Below are positions 26,910-41,800 of a stretch of DNA of 64,000 bases, in pieces. Positions within the stretch are counted from its first letter, which is position 1, and each line of letters starts with the position of its first letter. The notes under the pieces were generated by a model. That model saw nothing but the letters and a program-made list of their open reading frames with translations. It searched no databases and was not told the DNA's origin. This stretch comes from Schmidtea polychroa (taxonomy: Eukaryota). The translations under genes were made by a program, and so were the position numbers. The stretch spans positions 8,434,001-8,498,000 of the forward strand of contig CM097885.1 of the NCBI GenBank assembly GCA_044892525.1, written 5' to 3'.

Positions 26910-28925
26910 ACAAAGGTACGCTCAGCCACTTCATATATTTCCAACGTTGATCACTGAACGGGTATCAAGCGGTATAGCATAATTGTATTCTGGGTTACGC
27001 TGGAAACAGCACGAACGGGAAAATGTCGATGTTTTTGATATTCACAAATTTTCGGCACTGCCCTTTTCAAGTAAATTTTTACTACCTTTTTCGTTGTTGT
27101 TACTTCTAAACTTGGCGGTGAGAAGCAGTGGCATTGGCCCAATTCAATGAAATCATCAACCCGCCGAAATTGGCAATCGAAATGCCCGAAGAGGCGAATC
27201 TGCTACCCATGGACGAGAATGACTTTAAACTAGACGCTCTCCTGTCAGACATCAAGTGTAACGGCTTTTGACAACAGTTTTCGGATTTATTCATGTGAAA
27301 CATTAAAATTTGTTTCTTCTATTATCTATCTTTATAGTTAATCATTAATGAATTTCTTTTGCTGTGATGAAAATTCTAGGGAGGGAAGGAAAAGTGATAC
27401 GCATAATTTATTTTTCCTTTATTTTTCCATCGACAGTTGGCAGTTCCAACAACACAGTTTTCATAGGAACACTGATCGAGATCGTGATAAATCATGAGAT
27501 TTTGAGCACTGAGTCTACGACGTACTAGTAACAGAATTTTGTTGACCCAAACGACAACATTAATTTTTGCCCAAAAAATTCAAAAAAAAAGTGTACTAAA
27601 AACTACTTTTCAGGAACACGATGACGTAATATGATAATTAAATAGAGAATTCGATTCCAAGCATTCGAGTATCAACATCTATTATAAAAAATTTAAATAA
27701 ATGACGTATTTGCCAATTAATTTTTTTTTTAATATTACCAACTGAAATAAATTTTTTAAATTTATTAGGTAATCACTTATTAAAACAAAATAAAAGATTT
27801 GATGGGGGTTTCATTTAAACTACCATTCCCTATTCGCTTAAAAATAAATCTGTGATAGTCGAGGATTCCTGTTTGAGTCCACACATCTTTCTACTAATGG
27901 CATAAACGAAATCACAAATTTTTTCAATTAGATTAATTACCAGCGAATTTATTTTTAATAATCTCCGTAGTAAATCGTCTTAAAGATGGAGCTCAATTTT
28001 TTTATCTATAAAAGGATAAATATTCATACTATGAATTTCATAGTGCAATAAATTATAATTCCATAGAAATTTATCAGAATTGATATCATCAGTTGAGGAT
28101 GGAGAAATTCCACTTGAATTCTTGCTGGGTAACATTGACAGCCATTCCGACAATGAGGATTCGGATATTGAAGAGGAGAAAATTGGCAGGAGAAATCTGA
28201 TAAAGGAATGTATCAATTCGAAAGCAGTACGAGATTTATTCACAAATGCCTCGAAATCAGAAGCCTGTCTAGGGAATCCCGTGAATAAATTAGACGAGTT
28301 GCCATTGCAGTTGCCATTGGTGTTACCAATAAGCGATTCCGAGGAATTGGTACCGTTTGATCACAACGCTGAACTGGACATGACAGACATTGATGATAAT
28401 GAGTTGATATCAGTAAGCATTTTGATTGGTGGCTATTTACCAATAATATCTATCTACCACCAATCAGACCTACATTTTGAGCCATGAGGAATCCGTTAAA
28501 AAGTTGCGATGGTTTTATAAAACGAACAAAGATTATTATCGGAAGAAAAAGGCAACCGAAGCTAAGAAAGCAGAGAAATTGAAAAGAATCCAAAACAGCA
28601 CAAAGAAGGTTTGTTGGGAATTGTATCGAGTGATGCGGTGAATTATTGATTATTGTTTTACCGGTTCTAGCCGAGAATGAAACGCCAGAAACGCGGGGCT
28701 GAATGGATGGTGAATCCAGATGAGGTGATCCGAGATATCAAACTGAGCTTGCAATCCACAGACACCAAAATCATGAAATTATCCCCCAACAAAGAGACAG
28801 ATGCTCAAAGCCCACCGAATTCCCCAATGAAATACGAGCGAGGTTATCCACTGAGTGACAATGACGCAGCCAGTTACGATGTGGAGGCTACAGAAATGAA
28901 TGATAACTACGATAAAGATGACTAG
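26910..28925 (+). pseudogene. BRF1: BRF1-like (TFIIIB 90-kDa subunit) copy: 5' part frameshifted, 3' exons open
   Basis: Spliced exons 28068-28412, 28468-28608 and 28671-28925 (GT-AG, in frame) give ELDMTDIDDNELIS|TYILSHEESVKKLRWFYKTNKDY, resembling the Brf1 TBP-binding block. Upstream broken pieces FSALPFQVNFYYL, QHSFHR, TEFVDP and a shifted DPPSF match the cyclin-fold part. Confidence 0.65.
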
Positions 28926-29269
28926 TAGCAGCGATCCTATTGATGAAGCATCCTATAATCCATTATTTATCTGATCTTTGTATTTATTTGGAATATATTT
29001 GACTTTTATTTGATTGGATGATTTACTGTTAATTAATTTACCATGAGACATTTAAGGTTTTTGCTAATAACTTTTCCAATATAAATTGCTACAAAGTATC
29101 AATAGATATCAATAAATAGATAATTAAATTTATATCGAATTTATAAAATAGTGTCAGTTTTGAAAATTTAGTAGTCACCTGTTAAATATTTAATATATTT
29201 AACAATTATCTTTCTCTTCTTTATTTTCTTTTCAAACGACATTAAAATCGTTATATTAAGTTTCAGTGG

Positions 29270-29815
29270 AACTTGTATAACATACCAACTAATGAGGAGG
29301 AAGCTGCGAAATTTTTTCAACATCGTGGTCTACTATCAGAAGATGCAAGTCCACGTTCCATGAAGCTGTTTTTTTTAACAAAGTGAACACTCATGGTCTG
29401 TTCTAAACGCCAATTAGTTCGTTCAATTTTGTATTTACCACTGTCGTGTTTTTTATGTACATCTGGCCCTGAGACAAGGGATTCTTTCTCATCAAAGTGC
29501 GTTTACATTGCGACTGCTATCAAGGAGAACATTGCCGAGCATTGTAAGCAGACAGTTGGAAAGTATATAAGATTGAAGAAATAGAGCGGGCTGGATTTGA
29601 GCACTTGAAAGTCAACCATTGATATAATTTTATGGATCCCAATACAGGTGGACATACTCAGACCGTGGAGAGGATCAGTAAATTGGAGGAATAACAAAGC
29701 ACTGATCGTCAATTTGTGATGTTTTACTTGGCCGAGTTCATGTGGAGAAGTAATATTAGCGATGAATCCATTCGATGCTATTCTGGATGAGTTGAAGAAT
29801 CTTACTGCAGAATTG
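29270..29815 (+). pseudogene. Merlin (IS1595/ISXO2-like) transposase relic
   Basis: IPTNEEEAAKFFQHRGLL; IKENIAE; DSWK; HLKVNH*YNFMDPNTGGHTQTVE; YLAEFMWR. Confidence 0.8.
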
Positions 29816-29992
29816 GTTTAAAAAGATTTTTATAATTGGAAATGTTCATTTTTTGATGAGGTCGAGATAACCGAAAGTACCTATTTTACCTTTAAGTTAA
29901 CATTGTGACGGTTAGCCGTATCGACATCGAATTCATTTTCGATGTCCATTAAAAAACAATTTTATTATCTTAAAATGTATTGAATATAAACA

Positions 29993-32900
29993 CTGCCTTT
30001 TTTATTTGAATATTTAAACAAATATCTTCTTTTAATTTTTTATGTTGATTTCAATGCTGGCTAGTTTTTTAAATAAGTAAAACTTCATGCAATCTAATAT
30101 ATACAATTTAAATGTTTATTAGCAACTTTCCGATTTAATTTAAAAGTGAATTCTACCCTTTCATTCCCTTTTTTAAATAATTTTTAATTTTTTCAATATT
30201 TCTGATTAAAGACTTTCCACTTTTATCTCTCACCATATAACTACTTTCGTATTTTCGACTTTTTACTGTGTATGGTCCGTCATATCTATCTTAATCCTTG
30301 GTTCGTATTTCTCGTTTGATAACACTTTGTCTTTCAATTCCAACTTCTTTGCATTTGTTGTTTCGTCATTTGGTCTTTTACTTTAAATTTTCATTGCGAT
30401 ATCTTTCCTGTTGATTCTACTATCACTTTACCATTTCGATCTATCGATTCTCCTACCAAAATAATTTCAGCTGAACTTACTTTCGTTGTTTTTTGGATTT
30501 TCGCGTTGAGGGTATATTTTATTTGTGGGATAAAATCTGCCCAGTCTTTTGTATTTCCGTCTTTAGTGATGCATTAATAAAATCTCTTATTGTCCGGAAT
30601 TGTCTTTCAATTATACCATTCGGATATGGACTCGAATACACTATCTCTATCCGTGCATTTTTGCTTATAATCTTTATGCTATTCGCTTCGAAGCTTTTCC
30701 CACAATCTACATGTAGTTCTTTGGGTGCCCTAAATTTTAGAATCCAATTGTTTAATAATGTATTCCCAATTGTCTCTTCATCTTGTTTATTTATTGCCGT
30801 TAGCAAAATGTATTTGTTGTAAGGGTCGATTATGGCGCAAATAAATCTTTTCCTGTTAAATGTTTACAGATGTCCATATATATTTTATCGAAAGGTTCAG
30901 ATGCTTCCAGTACTTTTGGTTTCTGTTTCATTTATGTAGTCACAACTTTAACTTCTTGGAACGAGTCGCAGTTAGATATTGTCATTTTTCCTAATTTATT
31001 AGATCTCTCATATGAAAATTGTTTTGTATGTATTTGATAACTCAGCTTTAGCATGACATAATAATAGATGTGTTTTGTTAATCATTTCTCTTCTTTTGCT
31101 CTCTAGTATCAATATTCTTTTATCTTTAGTGTTAATAATGTTATCTCCTATTATAAACCTTTCACTTGTTGTGTTCGTATTTTATTTTGAATCTCCTTTA
31201 TTTCATCACTATTTCTTTGCCATTCCTCCCATTTCCCTTCAGTCATTGTATTTAATAATCTGGTTTTCATTTTCCCATATTAAGACTATCGGGCTTCCAT
31301 AAGGCATTGTACACATGTGCTACATATTTTCCTCTATAACCTGTCTGCGTTAGTATGTAATGTATCCTTTCTAAATTCCATTTTTATTTCAAATTTTTTA
31401 TTATAGTTTATCCAGGTCTGAAATTCAGCTGTAATTAGCTTCTTCGTTGTTGGTATAAACGTTATTACCTTATGATCTGTACGTAGTGTAAATCTTTTCC
31501 CATATAAATAGTGATTGAAATGCTGACAAAAATAATATATAGCCAGCAGTTCTTTTCTCGTAATACAATAGCCTCTTTCATGGTTATTCATGGCATGTGA
31601 TTCATATGCGATAACTTGCACAAATAACGTGTCATCCTTCTGTGATAAGACTGCGCCAATTATATCACAACTTGCGTTCGTATCCAATATGAATTCTTTC
31701 TTAAAATCCGGAAATATAAAAATCGGAGCGTTTATGAATGCAAACTTCTATTCTCAAAAGACTTCTCACAGTTTTTATTCCATATTATTTTGTCGCTATT
31801 TTCACCACATACTTTCTTAACTTCTTTGCGTAGTCTTTAATAAATCTTCGATAATAATTGCAAATGCCCAAGAAACTTTAAAATTTTCACACATTTCGGC
31901 CTTTGAAATGATTGAATAGCTTCAATTTTGCTTTGATCAGTTTAGATGCAGCCTTTATTTATAAAATATGGTCCAAGAATTTCACTTCGCTTTTCAGTTT
32001 TTGACATTTTTCTGGATTAATTCTTAATTAATCTTCTGCAATTTTCTGCAATACTCTGCAATATTCCTCTCAAATTTAGCATCAATTTCGCATATACATT
32101 TGTTAAATATCATTTCACCCTCTTAAATCCATCTTAATTCAATACCGAATTGTTTCTGTGATTCCACACCTCCAATAACATCTGGTACAATGATTTTTTC
32201 TACGGTAAATGTCACTATTTTTGTTAGCTTCCCTATCTTTACATAATTTGAATTTTACCGATAGTCTCCAATTTACTGTTATTTGCACACCTTAGCATTT
32301 CATCTGTTTTTATTGTCTCGATTTGGTCTAGTTTATCCAGTAATTACATTAATTCGTGCTCCTTTATCTAACAGACACTCAATTCTGCGACCTTGAATTT
32401 CAAGTATTATACTAGGTTTACCTTGCATTTTATGATAAGTCATACGAGGTCCTTTTTATTCGTCTTTCGTAAATATATTTTGTTCCACTTTGTACTTTAT
32501 ACTATCGGAAATTTCATTTATCCATATAACCTTATCTTCATTCATATCAAATGCCTTTTTAAATAACCATTTATAAACATTATAAACATTAAAATTAGTT
32601 TTATTATCCATATTATTAGATAAATCTTTACTAATAAAATTAAAATTATCCTCACTATTTAAATTATTTACATTATACAAATTATTTACATTTTTATCAA
32701 AATCAAAATTAACTAATAAATGGCTCCAATCACCGCCTCATGCAATGGAGTTTCCTCGTTTGGGTACTGCATTTCTTCGTATTTCTCTTTGGCTTCACTT
32801 GAATAATTAGATTGGTAGTTTGAATGTTGATTTCCAATTGCTGCTACCTCTCTTCTATGATCCTGATTGTTCTGTTGAAATTGGTCTCTTTTATTTCGAA

Positions 32901-34021
32901 GTGGTACCTTATCTCTTCCATAATGGCTCATTTTCTGCTTAAGTCATTCTAGGTTAGTAGCCAGAATTCAGTTTATTTGTGACCTAGATGTACATTCTCG
33001 GCGTGCGTGTCCATATAATCCACATTCAAAACACTGAATCATTCTCTTCTCGACTTATCTGGCTTGGTTTTTGGCATGTCCAGTATACGACGTTTTTAGT
33101 CACTTCCAATGATTTTGCCTTCGGCATAACATTTGTCTGGGCGGGTCTTTGAACGGTTTCTCTGTAGTTTCTGGCAGGTTTCTGATATTTTATAGGTCGG
33201 ATGGAGTTAACATGATTTATACCTTTATTCACTTTCTCTACTTTTCTAATTGTGCTTTTAATTTCTTCTGATGTCTTTAGTTCTTACATTTCTATTTCCT
33301 TTTTAACATTTCTCTCGAGCCCCATTCATGAGCATGCATTTTTTAATTTCTTCTTCATTTTAGTTAATTTCTCTACTTTTTCAATAATTCAGTCTGCTGA
33401 CTCGGATCCTTGTTCATAATTTAGAGCTTCCTTTAAGTTTTCGAATAATTATTTTGGCCTTGAAAATCCTGCTATGAGCTTCTCCTTGAATGTTTCCCCT
33501 TCTGCTTTTTCATGTTCGTCGTATAATGGTTTGTCCAACAGTATGGTAACCAGAATCAACTGGATCTTGACAGATGTTTTCGTAATATTAAAAAATTTTT
33601 GGAATGCTTTGATGAATTCTTCCAGATCGTCCTCTATGTGGAGCCTTTTTAGTAGCAACTTGCAAATCAATAGGTTTATTGGCGTGGTCACCATGTTAGC
33701 AGCAACGACATCGAATTCATTTTCGGTATCCATTACAAAACAACTTAATTAACTAAAAATTTATTAAATACAAACGCTGCCATTTTTATTTGAATCTATA
33801 TTTTTTTTGAACAAATATCTTCGAGGCTATTCTTCTTTTAATTTTTGATGTTGATTTCAAAGGTGGCTAGTTATTTAAATAAGTAGTAATATATATTTTT
33901 AAGCATAATTCAATTTATTAATTTAAAATATTTATATAAAAATTATGCAATCTGATAGATACAATTTAAATGTTTAATAGCAACTTTCCGATTTAATTTA
34001 CCCGCGATTTCTACCCTCTCA
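29993..34021 (-). mobile_element. Decayed Ty3/Gypsy LTR retrotransposon with both LTRs
   Basis: Direct repeats at ~29993-30163 and ~33783-34021 start TGA(A/G)AGGGTAG on the minus strand. PBS-like TGGCAGCG at 33775-33782, PPT at 30164-30174, gag 33449-33733, knuckle CGLYGHARREC ~33000, RNaseH 31334-31687 (ELLAI..FTLRTDH), integrase 30519-30806. Many stops. Confidence 0.85.
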
Positions 34022-34925
34022 GTGATGAAAATTAAATCAATTACCTCAAAATAGAGGATAAAATTTAGAATTATTGAAGTTACGTCATAATTTTACCACT
34101 AGCACAGTTATTGATAGATAAAAAAGTGCAAAGTGAAATTATGATTAAAAAGTGCAATTTCTATAGTCAGAAGTAGTTTTCTTAGATTTAAAGATTTCAC
34201 TCAGACATGGTCCACGAAAAAGATTTGTAATTTGTCGGCACAGATTATTCTATATGAAAATCAACGAAAAGATTTCGATATAAATTTTGTGTTTCTAAGG
34301 AATAATTTTTGCAACATTGGGAACCAAGTATATTTAGTCAAGACATCCTTAACAAAAAAGTTGCGTCTTGATTCAACTAAGAGGATTCTTTAATAAAGAT
34401 CTCGAAAAGTTTCTTGGTTCTCCCAGGAATTAAGAAAGTGTAATCAATCAATATTTTTGGGCTATCTTGAGAACGCAACATATTTAGTCGAGACATCCTT
34501 CATAAAGAAGTTGTATCTTGATCCAACTAAGAAGATTCCGAAATAAAATACTCGATAAGTTTCTTGATTCTCACAGAAATTAAGAAAAGGTAAAACCAAT
34601 CGATAATTCTCAAAAATTCGGCCATGTCCGAATGTATTATGAATTATCACGGATTTTGATAGATGAGTTTTTGCGCATATATATTCGGATCTTGTCAAGA
34701 TTTATAGTGAAAATCCATTAAAATAATTCTTGAAATGTGAGTTGAGTGACAAAAATGGAATCAGCAATAGATATTTAATTTCATTTGTAATTATAAAACA
34801 TCGAATATTGTTACTATCAAAGTCAATTTTAACAAAGTTTTCGATTACATATGAAAGGTGAAAATCACAAAATTCAATAAACAAATCAGCCATTTTATAT
34901 TATGCAGAACTGAATCATCAAGCAT

Positions 34926-35534
34926 TTATATATTATAACTTCTAAATTTGCGCAGAATATCAGAATTGTAAAGATTATCATTTCTCCAATCATCTATAAC
35001 ATCTGCCACATTGAGAATACCTGCAAAATTTCATTTATTATAATTAATTAATGATTTTAAAAGCACTTGGATTAGATTCTAACGCCAAGTCGGCGCATTT
35101 TTTAGAAGCCCAATGCATTGTCTAATAAATCAAGTGAAATTTTAAACTAAATAAATACTTTACATGTCCAAATTTTTCCTTGTAACTTTTCCATTCTTCA
35201 AATGAGATATTAAGGTTACAATTCAACCACGAATTATATAATTCTCTTTGAATTGGATCACATAACACCATTTTAGCTGCTTGTAACTTTTGAAATCTCT
35301 CAACTACACAAATCATTTTGATTTAACTTATTTAAATTAATTTCACCTGCATTTTCATTTGAACATTTGTCAGGATGCCACTGAATAGCTTTAACTTTAT
35401 ACTCAGTTAATATTTGTTCCGGCTAAATTAAATTAACATATGTGGCAATGACAATCTATTTTTACTGAAGAATTTATGGTAACGCCAAGCAAATCATAAA
35501 AATTTTCAAAATGATATTTTTCAAAGTATGACAT
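34926..35534 (-). CDS. DNAJC12: J-domain protein, DNAJC12/JDP-like; 5 exons (35534-35466, 35422-35347, 35303-35164, 35121-35067, 35020-34926)
   Basis: Splicing four GT-AG introns (43, 43, 42, 46 nt) gives NFYDLLGV..PEQILTEYKVKAIQWHPDK..RFQKLQAAK..TMHWA..ILRKFRSYNI*. This has the HPD motif and DNAJC12-type MHW and LRKFRxYxI motifs. Confidence 0.9.
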
Positions 35535-35857
35535 TATTTAATAAATATCTAAAACTTCGTTAAAACAAATTCAACATAATTTCATTGTTAAGCAGATATA
35601 AGTAGAACTATTTCAAAAATAGTTTTGCGATGTATCATTTATGGTAAAATAAGTTTGAAATATTACGTAACGTTTTTTTTATGAAAAAATTCCTTTCAAT
35701 AATTAAATGCAATTTATATACCCTCACTACTTTCTGAAGGATTTCAACTCTTAATAAAAGACTTTGTAAAAAATAATTTAATTCTTAATTAAGTTGAACT
35801 TGTGTTATAATTTCAATAGTTTGTTATAATAACGGCATTACAAAATAATCAAATTAA
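35535..35857. promoter_or_regulatory. 323-bp divergent intergenic region, probable bidirectional promoter
   Basis: The start codons of DNAJC12 (-) and FAAH (+) point away from each other. Confidence 0.5.
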
Positions 35858-38800
35858 ATGGAGATTAAATCTGAGTCGTTTATTAAATATATTTTGATAT
35901 CATTTATTTCTGCTACGTTTGGTGTTTATAGTTCTATATATTTTCTCAGAAAATATAAATTTCAAAAGGAATATAATAATTTAAAATGCTTAAGAGAAGC
36001 CAGAATATTGCAAAAGAAAGTTAATTTTCGAGAATTCGAAAATTACCTCAACAAGAACGATGTATGTTTTGATCAGTTTTTTTTAATTAACAGTTTCCAG
36101 TGTAGTATTGATGAAGAAAATATAACAAACAAATCTTTTGCTGAACTTATCCAACTTTTAAAAGTTGATCATAACTCAAAAGATGACGTTCTTTTAGCAT
36201 ATCAAAAAAAAGTTTTCAATTCATTTATAATTTCACTTGATTAATTTCAAGCAGGCTTTTAGCGTCCATTCCAAATTAAATTGTGTTGTTGACTTCATTA
36301 ATGTTGATGTAAGTTTAAAGATTTCGAGTTATTATGAATATTTATTAATCATAAAATTTATATTTATTAATAAATCAATTCAAAATTAAATGAATTTTAC
36401 ATTCGCCATTTATTATCTCAATTCTAATTTAGTAAAATACTAAGAATTGCAAATATTTTTAAATAAAAATCATGAATTCCGCCGAAGTTGTTTTTGGTTT
36501 ACAAAATTATTTGGAAATTCCATAAAATCTTTATTTGTTGTTAGTCTATGGATGTCCAAAATACCCATTTGAAGCATTTGAACAGATTGAAAATAAAATA
36601 ATTGCATTTTATTTGTTTATTATATATAACGATTATAACTAGTATATAATAATAATATAAAAATAATAATAATAGTATTAAAAAGTAAAATTAATAATAT
36701 TTAAATTCTATTAATATTTTAATAATATTAAAATTGTAATTCTAATAATATAATTGTAATAGAAATAAACATAAAAAAAAATTATTAAAATAGTAATAAT
36801 AACAATAATTATTAAAAAAAAATAACAGTTACATATAAAATTATAAAATAGAAATAAAAAATTATTAAAAAATATTAAAATTGTAAATCTAATAATATAA
36901 TTGTAATAGAAATAAACATAAATAAATAATAATAATACAGATAAAAAATAATTTAATAAATAAAAATAATTTAATTATTATATGTAATAATAAAATTATA
37001 TTAAAAAACTAATAATAATATTTAAATATAAAATTATAAAATAGTAATAAAAAATTATAAAAAATTATTAAAAAATAATATTAAAAGTGTAAATCTAATA
37101 ATATAATTGTAATAGAAATAAACATAAATAAATAATAATAATACAGATAAAAAATAATTTAATAAATAAAATAAAAATAATTTAATTATTATATGTAATA
37201 ATAAAATTATATTATATTAAAATAATTATATTAAATTATAATTGTAATAGAAATAAACAAATAAATAATAATACAGATAAAAAATTATTTAATAAAATAA
37301 AATAATTTAATAAATAAAATATAAATAAAAATAATTTAATTATTATATTATTATATGTAGTAATAAAATTACAAATAGTAATAAAAAATATCAAAAAAAT
37401 AATTTATTAATTATTAAATTATATGTAATAATAAAATTATATTAAAAAACTAATAATAATATTTAAATATAAAATTATAAAATAGTAATAAAAAATATAA
37501 AAAGAGCTTTAAAAAATTATTGAAAAAATAATATTAAAATTGTAAATCTAATAATATAATTGTAATAGAAATAAACATAAATAAATAATAATAATACAGA
37601 TAAAAATTATTTAATAAATAAAATATAAATAAAAATAATTTAATTACTATATTATTATTATATGTAGTAATAAAATTATAAATAGTAATAAAAAATATAA
37701 AAAGAGCTTTAAAAAATTATTGAAAAAAATAATATTAAATAATAAAAATAAAAAAATTAATAATTATATTTAAATATAAAATTATAAAATAGTAATAAAA
37801 AATATAAAAAGAGCTTTAAAAAATTATTGAAAAAATAATTTTTTAATTATTGTAATAGTAATAAACAAAAATAAATTAATAACAAAAATGTATTATTAAT
37901 TATAAATATAATTTTGATTATTGCCAGAAATCAGAAATCAATTTCAATGGACCATTGGCTGGTTTGCCAGTCAGTGTAAAGGATAATTTCTGTATTAAAG
38001 TAAGTATCTTATATATAAGTAAGTATCATATATATATATATATATATTTATTTATTTATCACAATTACTACTTGTCACTCGAAATAATCTATAAAGTAGG
38101 ATGCCCAATCTGTTACGATAATTCGTAATTTTCTTTAATTTTCTCTTTTGTCAACTTTCACACATTCTTTATTACTTTATCCGACCACCTGGCAATCCGC
38201 TTTCCAACAGCTGTCTTTTTATACTCCGTCTATCAAAACAATTTAATTGCTATCCAGCAATTATTCCCTCATTTCGAGTCTGATTGCCTCAAAAACAAGT
38301 AAATTGCTCGGCCTCGTCTTTGATGTTTTATCTAAACTCATTCTTATCGCTTGATAATTTCTTGGGCTTACCTCACTTTTCGCATTGGGTTTTCCACAGT
38401 GTTCGAGTTTCCTGTTGACTCGGGCTTTCCATTAGCTGATTAATTACCGTATATACTCGCGTATAAATCCAGAAATTTACCTCAAATTTACAAGTCAAAA
38501 TAGCCACTTATCCGCAGGTCAAGGTAAGTACAAATTAATTTTTAACGAAATTATTAAATTGGTTATAATTTGTGGTGTTCATTTATTAATGATACAGTAA
38601 TTTTTATCATTAAATAATTACCGTATATACTCGTTCTCAAGCCGACATTTTTTGAAAACAATTTGGGTGGCAAGTGAGGGTGTCGGCTTACGAGCGGGTG
38701 ATAGTAGATTTATATAATTTTCAGGATGTAAATTGAATATTGGTATTTTAATTTTAGATGGTCGAGGTCCTACATAGCATAAAACCTACAAGATTCTAAT

Positions 38801-41800
38801 GCGCTATCGTAATCTATACTAAATTATAAATATCTACACTTTCCTTTATTTAATTTATTTTTATATATTTATTTGTTTTAATGAATTGTTTATACTGTCA
38901 AATTATATTTTTGGGTCGGCTTAGAACGGACAATTGTAGGAGTATTGTAATTTATAAATTGTAATAAAGAATTGTAATTTATCAATATTTTCAAGCATTA
39001 TTAATGAACAAATAATAAACTTGACAATAAGATTGTTTTTATCCATAAACTGAACAAAAAAGTGAAGCAGTGCAAAATGACAAGTTTGTTCGAGACCCAC
39101 GAAAAAATAGAAAAGAGCGTAGTAGCATCAGTAATGCTATGGATGAATCAGAAGGTAATGCAGGTGATCTAGCAGATGATGATGCTCAATCTGAGGATAA
39201 TGATTACACAGAGAACCATTTTGGAGATGACATGATTCAAATGAGTTCTACAATGAACTTTATGTTTTGCAATAAATATATTAAATGTTTTTTTACTTTT
39301 CTTTCTTCTACTTATACACCAGTATATACGGTAATTTGTTTTTACCTAATTACATCCTGGGAATCCTCACTAAGTTTGTCATTAAACCATACCAATTTCC
39401 CCATATGAATATTATTTTTCAAATTTTCAATCAATTTTTATTTTATGCATTCTCCCAACATTTTACTAAAAATGAATCAGCATAATAAATATGCCAGGCC
39501 AAATACAGTAGGTGAGCTACTGTATGGGGTGTATAATCTTCATGTATGCCTTTTTAGGGATGCGGGCATAATTATCCATTTTCTTTTAACTTGTGTTATT
39601 GATAGAAGCCCCGATGATTTTCATATGTTTTTCTGGAGCCTTTAATCACTCTGTCTATCAGTTTGTTCTTTATGGACATGTACTCTTCATATCTGAATCC
39701 GAGTTTTCTAAATATATCGTTATTGCGTTTGTCCCATGTTCCGAGGGAGCATACCACGAATGTTTTTACTGTTGTATGTTCCCACTAACAAGTTCAAAGT
39801 AAAATACTCAATAAAAAGTTTGATTATGTCACCTATATAATAATTCTAAAATAATAATATTTCAAACCAATTTCTTTTCCCTTTCTTTCAGTTGATTGAT
39901 TTTTCTCAGTCACTCCATAACATGATTTAGAAATTTAATAAAAATTCAATTATGATAAGGTTGTGTTAAGAAAATCAATTTTTTTATTTCGTTTAAACGA
40001 ATTAATTTTTAATATTTTATAAATTTTATAAAAGTTTTCCTAATTATTTCAATATGATAGTGTGATTAATTATTATAAGAATGAAAGTTTGTATATTTTT
40101 GTTTTTTCTGTCCATATAATGCATATTTGTATAATTGATAAAATATATCAATTATTGATATAATAATTGATATATTATACCATATTAAACATAGTAAGGA
40201 TGATTGACAGACAAACTTTCATTCTCATAATGTAGATAATGTCTGAGGGATGTCGGAAGAACGAAGACAACATTTACAAGAAGCTGATAGAATTCATAAA
40301 TCAAATAATAATATTTAAACCCATATGAAATAGTGAAATAAATAAATGAAATGAAATTTAGGAAATGGAATAAATAATTTATTTTTATTGTTGATGTCAG
40401 AACTGTATCTACGCTTAGTGATTGTCTTTCAAATAAAGATATCCAATTAATACATCAAAGAACGCTGAGAAGAATGTAGGAAACAGAAAAGAATCGGAGG
40501 AAGTCGTTAGATGAAATAACTATGTTCAATTGGATTGTCGTTGCTTAACATAGTTAATGAATTTTGTTTGCAAGTTTGTATTGAATGGTGTATTAAAAAT
40601 TCTATTTCATTGATAAAATCTAAAAGTGATTCGCATGTTAAGAAATTATTGAACTTGGGAATTATTTGGTATTACTAAATTTAATGTTGAGAATACTGTG
40701 ATTAATATGAGTAAGATAGTTCTGTCTAATGAAGAGTTACGTATTTTAAAATATGGTCCTAACCATTGCATAAAAAATAGGATTGATGAAAATAAATTGT
40801 GTGCAAAAATTGAATGTGTTTATTATAATATATGTAAGTCAAATAAGGATTCTGATCTACTTACGGTAGAAAGTATGCTGAGTGCAAGTACTATTGAGTA
40901 TGTTGATAAAAATAAAAAACAGAATATTAAGGATTTTTTGGTACTGAAGAACTTAGCAAACAAAGATATTAATGTTTGTAAATTTGATAAAGGAAATGGA
41001 TTAGTGATTTTGGACCATGATGTTTATGTGAATAAATTAAATGAAGTACTCTCAGGTTCTCAATTTCTAAAAATTGATAAGTTTCGAAAAAAAGGAGATT
41101 GTCACCTCTAAAGGATGAAGTGATTTTGAATACTATGTTGTGTGATTTAGTTAAGAATAATCATATTGATGAAGAGGTAGCAAAACTAATTCATGCAAAA
41201 GGTTCACAACCAGCTAAATTATATGGACTTCCAAAAGTTCATCAAGACGGAGTTCCCATAAGACCTGTTTTATCTATGGTTGGAACAGCTCAGTATAAAA
41301 TAGCAAAGTATTTGGATGGATTATTAAAACTCTTAATAAAATCTGAGTTTAAATGTAAGGATAGTTTCGAAATTACATCATGTATAAGACAATTGAATAA
41401 AAATAATGTTAATGAGTATATGGTTTCGTTTGATGTATGTAGTTTATTTACTAATGTCCTGTTGAAAGAAACAATCGATTTATGTTGTGAATTATGGAAT
41501 GAAAATATTAGTGCGCATAATATGTGTGATGGATGTGCATTTAGGAAGCTTTTAGAGTTTGCAACTTCCAAAGTTAATTTTCTATTTAATAATGAATGGT
41601 ATGAACAAATTGATGGAGTTGCTATGGATTCGCCCTTAGCACCAACAATGGCTTCAATATTTCTGGCATGTTTAGAAAAGAAAATTGCTTCTTTTCAATA
41701 TGAAAAACCAATTGTGTATAAAAGGTATGTTGATGATATTTTTCTGATATTTAAAAATAATGAACATGTGGAACATTTTTTGGATTACATGAATGGATTG

